From Planctomycetota bacterium (GTDB lineage: Bacteria; Planctomycetota; B15-G4; SIAN01), in NCBI GenBank assembly GCA_031409275.1, contig JANNXA010000016.1, positions 96,001 through 160,000 on the forward strand: DNA of 64,000 nt, given 5' to 3'. Position numbers and translations under genes: made by a program. Shown here piece after piece: positions 19,469 through 28,237 of the stretch. Each line of letters starts with the position of its first letter. The first letter of the stretch is position 1. The notes beneath the pieces were generated by a model, which was not told the DNA's origin, ran no database searches, and saw only the letters and a program-made list of their open reading frames with translations.

Positions 19469-19605
19469 CGCTGGCAACGGCGTGACGAGGGCATCGTGTC
19501 GCGATCCCGCCGCACGATCAACCGATGGCGGCCCGCCCGCGGGCACTACGATGCCGCCGCACGACCTTTCGACCGCGTCGCGCCCGCTGCAAGGAGACCG
19601 CCCCG

Positions 19606-20778
19606 ATGGATTCCTTCGATCCGACCAAGCTCGACCGCTTCACGTTCGGCCTGTGGACGGTCGGCAATCCCGGGCGCGACCCGTTCGGCGAGCCGGTGCG
19701 CGCGCGCCTGTCACCGGTCCAGATCGTCACCAAGCTCGCGGCCTGCGGCGCGCATGGGGTGAACCTCCATGACGACGACCTCGTGCCGCCGGGCTCTTCT
19801 CCGAGCCAGCGCGATGCGATCGTCGCCGAGTTCAAGCGCGCACTCGTCGATCACGGGATGGTCGTGCCGATGGCGACGACCAACCTCTTCACCCACCCGG
19901 TCTTCAAGGACGGCGCGTTCACCGCCAACGATCCCGCCGTGCGCGCCTTCGCGCTGCAGAAGACGCTGCGCGCCATCGACCTCGGCGTCGAGCTTGGCGC
20001 GCGGATCTATGTGTTCTGGGGCGGGCGCGAAGGCAGCGAGGCCGACGCCTGCCGTGACCCGCGGACGGCGATCGCGCGCATGCGCGACGCGCTCGACTAT
20101 CTCTGCAGCTACGTGCGCGATCGCGGCTTCGACCTCAAGTTCGCGCTCGAAGCGAAGCCGAACGAGCCGCGCGGCGACCTCTACCTGCCCACCACCGGCC
20201 ACATGCTCCACTTCATCACGACGCTCGCGCACCCCGAGATGGTCGGCGTCAATCCCGAGGTCGCGCACGAGACGATGTCGGGGCTCTCGTTCGTCCACGG
20301 CGTCGCGCAGGCGATGGAAGCCGGCAAGCTCTTCCACATCGACCTCAACGCGCAACGCATCGGCCGCTACGACCAGGACCTGCGCTTCGGCTCCGAGGAT
20401 CTGAAGCAGGCGTTCCTGCTGGTCCGGCTGCTCGAAGGAACTGCGGGCGGCGCTCCCTACACCGGTCCGCTCCATTTCGACGCGCACGCCTATCGCACCG
20501 AGGATGACGCCGGGGTGTGGGACTTCGCGCGCGGCTGCATGCGCACCTACAAGATCCTCGCCGCGCGCGCCCGCGCCTTCGATGCCGATCCCGAGGTGCG
20601 CGCCCTCATCGCCGAGCGGCACGACACCGCGCTCGAGCCGCTGCTGACCGGCTACTCGCGCGCGAAAGGCGAGGCGCTGCGCGCGCGGGCGATCGACGCG
20701 AACGCGCTTGCGCAGCGCGGCCTGCAGTACGAGCGGCTCGATCAGCTCATGGTCGAGCATCTGCTCGGCACGCGTTGA
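19606..20778 (+). CDS. xylA: Xylose isomerase (class I)
   Basis: [67 protein letters not shown] before ATG 19606. Confidence 0.97.
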   Translation: MDSFDPTKLDRFTFGLWTVGNPGRDPFGEPVRARLSPVQIVTKLAACGAHGVNLHDDDLVPPGSSPSQRDAIVAEFKRALVDHGMVVPMATTNLFTHPVFKDGAFTANDPAVRAFALQKTLRAIDLGVELGARIYVFWGGREGSEADACRDPRTAIARMRDALDYLCSYVRDRGFDLKFALEAKPNEPRGDLYLPTTGHMLHFITTLAHPEMVGVNPEVAHETMSGLSFVHGVAQAMEAGKLFHIDLNAQRIGRYDQDLRFGSEDLKQAFLLVRLLEGTAGGAPYTGPLHFDAHAYRTEDDAGVWDFARGCMRTYKILAARARAFDADPEVRALIAERHDTALEPLLTGYSRAKGEALRARAIDANALAQRGLQYERLDQLMVEHLLGTR

Positions 20779-20791
20779 GGCGGCGGCGCGA

Positions 20792-22282
20792 ATGGGCCGC
20801 CCGCTCTTCCTCGGCTTCGACGTCGGCACGCAAGGCGCCAAGGGGCTCCTCCTCGACGCCGAGCGCGGCATCGTCGTCGCGCGCGCCCGAAGCGCTTACG
20901 GCCTGATCGAGGGGCTGCCTGCTGGCGCTGCCGAACAGCATCCCGACACCTGGGCGACCGCGTTGCGCGCGATCACGGCAGAGCTCTTCGACGGGGCGCG
21001 CGCGGACGCCAGCCAGCTCGCGGGGATCGGCGTCGCGGGCCAGCAGCACGGCTGCGTGGTGGTCGACGACGCAGGCGAGGTCGTGCGCCCCGCGAAGCTG
21101 TGGTGCGACACGGCGACCGTCGCGGAGGCACGCGAGCTCTCCGATCGACTCGGCCGCCACGTGCCCGTCGGCTACACCGCGTCGAAGCTGCTCTGGCTCG
21201 CACGCCACGAACCGACCCGCTTCGCGCGGGTCCGTCGCGTGATGCTCCCGCACGACTGGGTCAACTTCCGGCTGACCGGTCGGGCGACGATGGAGGCGGG
21301 CGACGCCTCGGGCACCGGCTTCTTCGACGCACGGTCGCGGCAGTTCGACCGCGTGGCGGTCGCGGCGATCGACCCACGCCTCGAGGCGATGCTGCCGCCA
21401 CTCCTCGCCGCAGGCGCACCGGCGGGCGAGCTGACCGCCGACGGCGCGCGCTGGCTCGGGCTGCCCGCATCAGCGATCGGCGCGCTGGTCGCAGCGGGCG
21501 GCGGCGACAACATGATGAGCGCCGTCGGCAGCGGTGCGACGCGCGCCGGAGTCGCGGTCTTGAGCCTCGGCACGTCGGCGACGCTCTTCTGCCACAGCGA
21601 TCGACCCATCATCGATCGCAGCGGAGCCATCGCGCCGTTCTGCAGTTCGACGGGCGGCTGGCTGCCGCTTCTCTGCGTGATGAATGCGACCGGCGTCCTC
21701 GAAGAGGTGCGCGCCGCGTTCAGTGCCAGCTGGGCGACTCTGACCGCAGAGGCGGAACAGGTCGCGCCAGGATGCGACGGGCTCACCTTCCTCCCCTTCT
21801 TGATGGGCGAGCGCGTGCCCGACCTTCCCACCGCAACGGGAGCGCTGATCGGGTTGCGGCCGGGCCTGCTGCGTCGCGGCCGCCTCTTTCGCGCCGCGCT
21901 CGAAGGGGTCGCGCTCAACCTCGCGTGGGGACTCGAGAGAATGCGAGCGCTCGGGCTCGCGATCGATTCGGTCCGACTCGTGGGCGGTGGTGCGCGCGAT
22001 CCCCTGTGGCAGCGGATCCTCGCGGACGCGCTGCGCACCTCGGTGCAGCCGCTCGCGGAGCCTGAGTCGGGCGCGCTCGGTGCGGCACTGCAGGCGCTCT
22101 GGACGCAACGAATCCAGGCGGGCGAGTCGATCGGCATCGACGCCGTGGTCCAACCGTGGATCCACTTCGAGGGCGGCACGATCGAGCCGGAAGCGGGCGC
22201 TGCAGATTGCTACTCAGCACTGCTCGCACGATTCCGCGAGAAGTGCGACCGCCTCTTCGGCGCCGCGCCAGCGCGCTCCTGA
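20792..22282 (+). CDS. xylB: Xylulokinase
   Basis: FGGY motifs GFDVGTQG, GQQHG, AKLWCD, GDASGTG, GGGDNM, SLGTS, GERVP; directly after xylA. Confidence 0.93.
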   Translation: MGRPLFLGFDVGTQGAKGLLLDAERGIVVARARSAYGLIEGLPAGAAEQHPDTWATALRAITAELFDGARADASQLAGIGVAGQQHGCVVVDDAGEVVRPAKLWCDTATVAEARELSDRLGRHVPVGYTASKLLWLARHEPTRFARVRRVMLPHDWVNFRLTGRATMEAGDASGTGFFDARSRQFDRVAVAAIDPRLEAMLPPLLAAGAPAGELTADGARWLGLPASAIGALVAAGGGDNMMSAVGSGATRAGVAVLSLGTSATLFCHSDRPIIDRSGAIAPFCSSTGGWLPLLCVMNATGVLEEVRAAFSASWATLTAEAEQVAPGCDGLTFLPFLMGERVPDLPTATGALIGLRPGLLRRGRLFRAALEGVALNLAWGLERMRALGLAIDSVRLVGGGARDPLWQRILADALRTSVQPLAEPESGALGAALQALWTQRIQAGESIGIDAVVQPWIHFEGGTIEPEAGAADCYSALLARFREKCDRLFGAAPARS

Positions 22283-22309
22283 AACTGCGAACGCCGTCCG
22301 CGTTCGACC

Positions 22310-23542
22310 TCAGCGTTTGCTGGCCGCGATCCACTCCGGCAGCACCGTCGCGGGGTCGAGCCAATCGCTGAGCCCGGCGGACACCGGCTTGTAGCCGTAG
22401 TTGTGGAGCGGGTCGAAGGCGCCGGGATAGAGGCCGAGGTGGAGATGGGCGAAGTGGCCGCCGTTCTCGATCGAGAACGAGAGCCCCATCGTGCCGAGCA
22501 GCTGGCCCGCGCTCACCTTGTCGCCGCTCTTCACGAAGACGATGGCCCCGCCATGCATGTAGACCGCGTTCACCAGCTCCTTCGCCGCGCGGCGGTGCTC
22601 GACGACGAGGAGCGTGCCCATGTCGCTGCCGCTGTAGACCCAGCGCACGACACCATCGGCGAGCGCGTAGTAGCCGGCGCCATCGAGGCTGGCGCCCAGA
22701 TCCTGACCGGTGTGGTAGACGGTCCCGTTCTGGCGCAGGTTCGCGAAGGGCTGCAGTCCGGCGCCGGGCACCTCTTCGTCGGGCCAGCGCGTGAGCGGTC
22801 CGATCCAGCTCGCGGCCACCGGCAGCTTCTGAGCGCTCGTCCCGCTCGGTGACCCCTTCGTCACCAGCCTCACCCCTGGCGCGACGGTGCCGAGCTTGTC
22901 CATGCCGTCCAGGAACGGCGTCCACTGCAGGCCATCCTCGCAAGCGACGACCACTTCGTCGGCCACCCGCTCCGGAGTCAGCTTGCCTTGAAGTCGACGC
23001 TCAAGGGCGTGGAGCGCGGACACCAGATGCGGATCCGTTTCGGCGGCGAGCTTCTGCGCGACCCGTTCCTTCACCTTGCCACCCGCGAGCTCCTTCCCCT
23101 TCTTCGGATCCCACGCTTCGAGCAACGTCAGCGCCGCCTTTTCGCGCAGCCGCGGCTGCTCGTGGTCGAGCAACGCAACGGCGGCTTCGAGAACCGCCGG
23201 GTCGTTCAAGCAGCGGCTCCAATGGAGTCCGCGGTGCGCGACCTTCCAGTCCGCGTGCTTCACACAGGCGCGCGCGAGCGCGACGAGCTCGGGGTTGCGG
23301 AAGCGCTTCCACGCCTCGATCGCCGCCACCGCACGGCGAGTCGCGAGCGCCTCGGCCTTCGCCGCGCGCTCGGCCGGCGCCGCCTTCACGATCTCCAGCA
23401 GTTCCGCGTGCGCTTCGGCAGCGAGCTTCGGCCCCGCCCCAGGGTTGATGTCCGTCCCCCACGCATTGCCCCTCGGCATCGAGGGTGCAAGCGCGAACAG
23501 AGTCGCCAAGGCCGCGAACAGCGCCGCGTGCACGCTTCTCAT
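22310..23542 (-). CDS. Secreted M23 family metallopeptidase with N-terminal HEAT-like helical repeats
   Basis: HTGQD (HxxxD), YMHG, VKSGDKVSAGQLLG, AHLHLG (HxH); signal peptide; GGAG SD. Confidence 0.85.
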   Translation of the reverse strand: MRSVHAALFAALATLFALAPSMPRGNAWGTDINPGAGPKLAAEAHAELLEIVKAAPAERAAKAEALATRRAVAAIEAWKRFRNPELVALARACVKHADWKVAHRGLHWSRCLNDPAVLEAAVALLDHEQPRLREKAALTLLEAWDPKKGKELAGGKVKERVAQKLAAETDPHLVSALHALERRLQGKLTPERVADEVVVACEDGLQWTPFLDGMDKLGTVAPGVRLVTKGSPSGTSAQKLPVAASWIGPLTRWPDEEVPGAGLQPFANLRQNGTVYHTGQDLGASLDGAGYYALADGVVRWVYSGSDMGTLLVVEHRRAAKELVNAVYMHGGAIVFVKSGDKVSAGQLLGTMGLSFSIENGGHFAHLHLGLYPGAFDPLHNYGYKPVSAGLSDWLDPATVLPEWIAASKR

Positions 23543-23794
23543 CGAGTTCTCCGTACCCCCAAGCATCACGCGGCGAGCGTGTCGTCGGCAACTCGACCGC
23601 ACGCCACGGCGCTCGACGTCATCGGGGAATCGAGCCTGACCATCCGACTCGCACAGGGAAGAACCTCCCGAAATGCACGCTCGCGCCGCCCCTCCTCCCG
23701 GGCGCCGGGCCCCGGGACTCAGGTTCGCACTGCCCCCTTCCGTCGCGACGACGCTGCGCATCGACGCCCACTGCGTCCACGCGAGGAGGAACCC

Positions 23795-24511
23795 ATGGTG
23801 ATGGCGAACAATCGACGCAGCTCGATCCGTTGGGTGGTGGCAACGGCAGTGCTTGCCGCCGGCATGGTCACCGCGACCGCCGGCACCGGCGGTACGCCGC
23901 ACGCGCTCGCGCCGGCTCCCAAGTACATCGGCTCCGCCAAGTGCAAGAACTGTCACGCGACCAAGGCGAATGGCGATCAGTACGGCCGCTGGAAAGCGGA
24001 GAAGCACTCGCACGCGTTCGAGTCGCTCGCGCTTCCCGCCGCGCTCGCCGCGGGCAAGGAGCGCGGCATCGCCGAGCCGCAGAAGGAGGCCGCGTGCCTC
24101 AAGTGCCACTCCACGGCGGCGACCGAGCCGGCCGATCGGCTCGCCAAGGGCTTCGATCCCAAGGAAGGGGTCGGCTGTGAGGCGTGCCACGGACCTGGTG
24201 AGGCGCACTTCAAGGCGCGCATGGCGGCAGCCGCTGCCGCGGAAGGGGACGCCGGGTTCGGCGACGAAGAAGCCGCGACGGCGGTGCAGAAGCTCCCGGA
24301 CGGCGAGATCGTGCTGCGCCCGAAGGTCGACCTCTGCGTGAAGTGCCACAACAAGGAGAGCCCGACCTACAAGCCCTTCTGCATGAAGGAGCGCGTGAAG
24401 GAGATCGCCCACTTCGATCCGCGCAAGCCGCGGACGCCCGAGCAGCTCGCAGCCAAGGACTTCGAGTGCCTCCCCGACTGCGAGAAGTGCAAGGCGGGCG
24501 GCGGCAAGTAA
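23795..24511 (+). CDS. Periplasmic tetraheme cytochrome c (c554-like family)
   Basis: SD GAGGAGG; signal peptide; YIGSAKCKNCH, CLKCH, GVGCEACHGPG, CVKCH. Confidence 0.9.
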   Translation: MVMANNRRSSIRWVVATAVLAAGMVTATAGTGGTPHALAPAPKYIGSAKCKNCHATKANGDQYGRWKAEKHSHAFESLALPAALAAGKERGIAEPQKEAACLKCHSTAATEPADRLAKGFDPKEGVGCEACHGPGEAHFKARMAAAAAAEGDAGFGDEEAATAVQKLPDGEIVLRPKVDLCVKCHNKESPTYKPFCMKERVKEIAHFDPRKPRTPEQLAAKDFECLPDCEKCKAGGGK

Positions 24512-24535
24512 CCAGGGGCGCGGCGGAGCCCAGCG

Positions 24536-25045
24536 ATGGCGAGCTCGAGAAGGCGGGTCGTGATCAGCGCGATCGCGACCCTGTTCGTCGCCACCGGCAT
24601 CGGGCCTGCCAGTGCGCCACCGGCCGTAGTCCAGCCGCTGCACTTCGACCACAAGCGCCATGTCGACGAGGGCGTCGCCTGCACCGACTGCCACTCGCGC
24701 GCGACCAACGCCGCGAAGGCGGGCCATCCGCTGTTGAAGGCGTGCCTCCTCTGCCACAACGAACCCAAGGGCGAGAGCAGCGACGAGGCGAAGCTGCGCG
24801 AGTTCATCGCGGCTGGCCGCCAGGTGCCGTGGGTGCGAGTGAACCGGCTTCCAGGGCACGTCTACTTCAGCCACGAGGCGCACGTGACGCGCGGTCAGAT
24901 GGACTGCGCCGAATGCCACGGCGACATGAAGGGTCGGACGACATCGACGGTCGCTTCGCAGATCGACCACCTCGACATGCGCGCCTGCATGGAATGCCAC
25001 GAGCAGCGAGGCGCGGCCAACGACTGCATCACCTGTCATCAGTGA
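24536..25045 (+). CDS. Pentaheme cytochrome c, QrcA/ActA-like
   Basis: QPLHFDHKRH; CTDCH, CLLCH, CAECH, CMECH, CITCH; WVRVNRLPGHVYFSH. Confidence 0.92.
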   Translation: MASSRRRVVISAIATLFVATGIGPASAPPAVVQPLHFDHKRHVDEGVACTDCHSRATNAAKAGHPLLKACLLCHNEPKGESSDEAKLREFIAAGRQVPWVRVNRLPGHVYFSHEAHVTRGQMDCAECHGDMKGRTTSTVASQIDHLDMRACMECHEQRGAANDCITCHQ

Positions 25046-25055
25046 GCGCCACGCC

Positions 25056-27416
25056 ATGGCCACGCCTCTCGATCGCCGCCAGTTCCTGCAGCTTGCAGGC
25101 GGAGCCGCCAGCGGTGCGCTGATCGCCGGCTGTCACCACGAAGAGGATCCGTACGCGCTCGAGCGACCCGAAGTCCCCGGCGCCGACGGGTTCATGCGCG
25201 GCGAGGAGCGCTTCATCGCCACGGCGTGCGCGCAGTGCCCAGCCGGCTGCGGAACCCGTGTCCGCGTCGTCGAGGGACGGGCAGTGAAGATCGAGGGACA
25301 CCACTCCTCGCCCGTGAACCGCGGCGGCATCGGCCCGCGCGGCCTTTCGGCATTGCAGGCGCTCTACGACCCCGACCGGGTGCGCACGCCGCTGCGCCGA
25401 GTCGGCAAGGGGGCGGGCTCGAAACTCGAGCCGATCGGTTGGGACGAGGCGATCGCGCTGCTGTCGACCCGCCTGACCGAGCTTCGCGCGCGCGGCGCGC
25501 CCGAGCAGCTCGCCATCGTCTGCGGACGCGAGCGCGGCACGATGCTCGAGCTGTGGCAGCGCTTTGCCGCCGCGTACGGCACGCCGAATCTCCTCAACAG
25601 CCGCGATCACGCGGAAGGAGTCGTCGCGCACGCCGTGCGGCTGATGCAAGGCGGCAACGAACCACCGGCGTACGACTGGCCGCGAGCGCGTTACGTGTTG
25701 AGCCTCGGCTCCGGGCTGCTCGACTCCTCCTGTCAGCTCGTGGCGTTCGCGCGCGCGCAGCACGAGCGGCGCGACGGTTCCGCCGGCGGGCGTGCCAAGG
25801 TCGTCCATCTCGGCGCGTGGCGTTCGCGCACCGCGGTGAACGCCGATGAGTTCCTGGTGATGAAGCCAGGGTCGGCCGCGGCGATCGCGCTGGGTCTCGC
25901 CCACCTGCTCGTGCGCGACGGAGTCCATGACGCGGCGTTCGTCGCCGATCACGGCTTCGGCTTCGCTCCATGGCTCGACCGCGCCGGCGTCGAGCAGCCG
26001 GGCCTCGCGGCTCGATTGGCCGACTACGCGCCAGCGCGGGTCGCGGAGCTCACCGGCGTGCCCGTGGCCGAACTCGAGCGCATCGCGCGCGAACTCGTCG
26101 CGCAGAAGCCGGCGTTCGTGGTCGCTGGCGGCGAAGAGCTGCTGCTCGCTCACGGCCTCGAAGCGGCGCTCGCGATCCACGCGCTGAATGGACTGTTGGG
26201 CGCCATTGATCGGCCGGGTGGACTGCTCACGCAGCGGCCCGCGCCACTCGATGGCTGGCCGGAATTCGAGCCCGACGAAGTGGCGCAAGCCGGCCTCGCG
26301 CGGCCGCGCATCGACGGGGTCGGCACGGCGCGCCTGCCTTCGTGCGGAACGGTGCTGGACGCGCTGCCCGAAGCGCTGCAGCGCGGCGCCGTCGACACGC
26401 TGCTGCTCCACTACGCGAACCCGGCGTGGTCACGTCCGGGCGCCGCCCGGTGGCGTGAAGCGCTGGCGCGCGTGCCGTTCCTCGTGAGCTTCAGTCCCTA
26501 CCTCGACGAGACTTGCGCCGACCTCGCCGACCTCGTGCTGCCCGACAGCTCGTCGCTCGAGCGGTTCGAGGATGCCGCACCGGGACCGAGCGTCGGCTTC
26601 CCGGTCTTCGGCATCGCGCAGCCGACCGTCGCCACTCTCCACTCGACGCGACCCAGCGGCGATGTCGTGCTCGCGCTGGCGAAGGCGATGGGCGAGCCGC
26701 TGGCCGCAGCGTTCCCGTGGGCGGACTTCAAAGCGGCGCTGCTCAAGCGCGTGGTCGGACTCCACAACGCCAAGCGCGGCACCATCGTCGAGACCAAGGG
26801 CTCCGACTTCCTGAAGCGCCTCTACGAAGAGGGCAGCTGGAGCGAGCCGGGCTACGTCTACGAGCAGTGGGATGCCGTGCTGACCACGCCGTCGGGCCGC
26901 TTCGAATTCGCATCGCAACCGCTCGCGCAGGAGCGCGCGGCGCTGACCGGTGGCGCCGCATCGATCGACGCGCTGCCGCGCCACGTCGAGCTGCCGACGC
27001 CACCACCGGATCGCCCGTGGCTCCTGCTGGCGTATCGGCCCGGCAGCTACGCGACCGGCAGCGGCGCCAACCTGCCGTGGCTGCGACGCGTCGCCCCTGA
27101 AGTGCACGCGAACGGCGGCGTCTCGGTCGTGGTGGTCCATCCGGAGACGGCGCTCGCGGCAGGAGTCGGCGCCGGCAGCCACGTCGAGCTCGAGAGCGTT
27201 CACGGCCGCGTGCAGGCGATCGCGCGACTCGATCGTGACGTGGCGCGCGGCGTCGTGGTGATGGCGGAAGGCGGCGGCCACACGGCGTTCGGGCGCTACG
27301 CGCGCGGGCGAGGCGCCAACGTGATGGAGTTGTTCGCCGCCGGCGAAACGGACTGCGCCGGAAGCGTTGCGGCGGCGCGCGCCGCGCACGTCTCGATGCG
27401 AAGGAGCGCGTCATGA
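25056..27416 (+). CDS. Molybdopterin-oxidoreductase-family subunit, QrcB/ActB-like Tat lipoprotein
   Basis: DRRQFL Tat motif + lipobox IAGC; CAQCPAGC; LYDPDRVRTPLRR; ADLVLPD; TPSGRFEF; C-terminal dinucleotide-binding domain. Confidence 0.88.
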   Translation: MATPLDRRQFLQLAGGAASGALIAGCHHEEDPYALERPEVPGADGFMRGEERFIATACAQCPAGCGTRVRVVEGRAVKIEGHHSSPVNRGGIGPRGLSALQALYDPDRVRTPLRRVGKGAGSKLEPIGWDEAIALLSTRLTELRARGAPEQLAIVCGRERGTMLELWQRFAAAYGTPNLLNSRDHAEGVVAHAVRLMQGGNEPPAYDWPRARYVLSLGSGLLDSSCQLVAFARAQHERRDGSAGGRAKVVHLGAWRSRTAVNADEFLVMKPGSAAAIALGLAHLLVRDGVHDAAFVADHGFGFAPWLDRAGVEQPGLAARLADYAPARVAELTGVPVAELERIARELVAQKPAFVVAGGEELLLAHGLEAALAIHALNGLLGAIDRPGGLLTQRPAPLDGWPEFEPDEVAQAGLARPRIDGVGTARLPSCGTVLDALPEALQRGAVDTLLLHYANPAWSRPGAARWREALARVPFLVSFSPYLDETCADLADLVLPDSSSLERFEDAAPGPSVGFPVFGIAQPTVATLHSTRPSGDVVLALAKAMGEPLAAAFPWADFKAALLKRVVGLHNAKRGTIVETKGSDFLKRLYEEGSWSEPGYVYEQWDAVLTTPSGRFEFASQPLAQERAALTGGAASIDALPRHVELPTPPPDRPWLLLAYRPGSYATGSGANLPWLRRVAPEVHANGGVSVVVVHPETALAAGVGAGSHVELESVHGRVQAIARLDRDVARGVVVMAEGGGHTAFGRYARGRGANVMELFAAGETDCAGSVAAARAAHVSMRRSAS

Positions 27417-28237
27417 CGAGCAGTCGCCGCGGGGTCCTGCGCACGCTCGGCACGGCGCTGCTCGGAGCCCTGTTGCCGTCGCGGCGCGCGAACGCGCAAA
27501 CGGCAGCGTCGAAGCGAACGCTGACCGCGGATGGCCACACGCCGCGCTGGGGAATGGCAATCGACCTCGACCTCTGCACTGCCTGCGGCGGTTGCGTAGT
27601 CGCCTGCGCCAGCGAGAACAACCTGCCGTTGCCCGACGACTCGACCGACGCGGCCGGCACCGGCGTCTCGTGGATGGAACTCGTCGCGCCGCGCTCGGGC
27701 GAGCAAGGAGTCGTCGCCGAGCTCGCGCCGATGCCCTGCATGCACTGCGACAACCCGCCCTGCACGAAAGTCTGCCCGGTCGGAGCGACCTACCAGAACG
27801 AGGAGGGGCTCGTCGTCCAGATCTGGGATCGCTGCATCGGCTGTCGCTATTGCACCGCCGCGTGTCCCTACTCGCGCCGCTACTACAACTGGTCGAAGCC
27901 GGAGTTCCCTGACGACCTGCGCAACCTGCTCAACCCCGACGTCGCGACGCGCCCCGAAGGGGTCGTCGAGAAGTGCACCTTCTGCGTCCATCGGCTGCGC
28001 AAGACGAAGGAGAACGTCCGCCGCGAAGGGCGCCTGCTGACCGACGACGACGTCGTCCGGCTGCCGGCGTGCGCACAGTCGTGCCCGGCCAGCGCGATCG
28101 TCTTCGGCGACCTCGCCGACCCGACCAGTCGCGTCGCGCACGCGGCCGCCAGCCCGCGCGCCTCGCGCCTGCTCGAGCACCTCGGCACGCAGCCCAAGGT
28201 CTACTACTTGTCGAAGGACCGCAGGAGGAGTTCATGA
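27413..28237 (+). CDS. 4Fe-4S dicluster subunit (NrfC/QrcC-like)
   Basis: WGMAIDLDLCTACGGCVVAC, CMHCDNPPCTKVCP, CIGCRYCTAACPY, VVEKCTFC, PACAQSCP; ATGA overlap with the upstream gene. Confidence 0.95.
   Translation: MTSSRRGVLRTLGTALLGALLPSRRANAQTAASKRTLTADGHTPRWGMAIDLDLCTACGGCVVACASENNLPLPDDSTDAAGTGVSWMELVAPRSGEQGVVAELAPMPCMHCDNPPCTKVCPVGATYQNEEGLVVQIWDRCIGCRYCTAACPYSRRYYNWSKPEFPDDLRNLLNPDVATRPEGVVEKCTFCVHRLRKTKENVRREGRLLTDDDVVRLPACAQSCPASAIVFGDLADPTSRVAHAAASPRASRLLEHLGTQPKVYYLSKDRRRSS

Noticed and set aside
23543..25063. Upstream half of the 917-aa ORF 22310-25063
   Set aside because: Overlaps the cytochrome genes on the opposite strand; the M23 gene starts at 23542.
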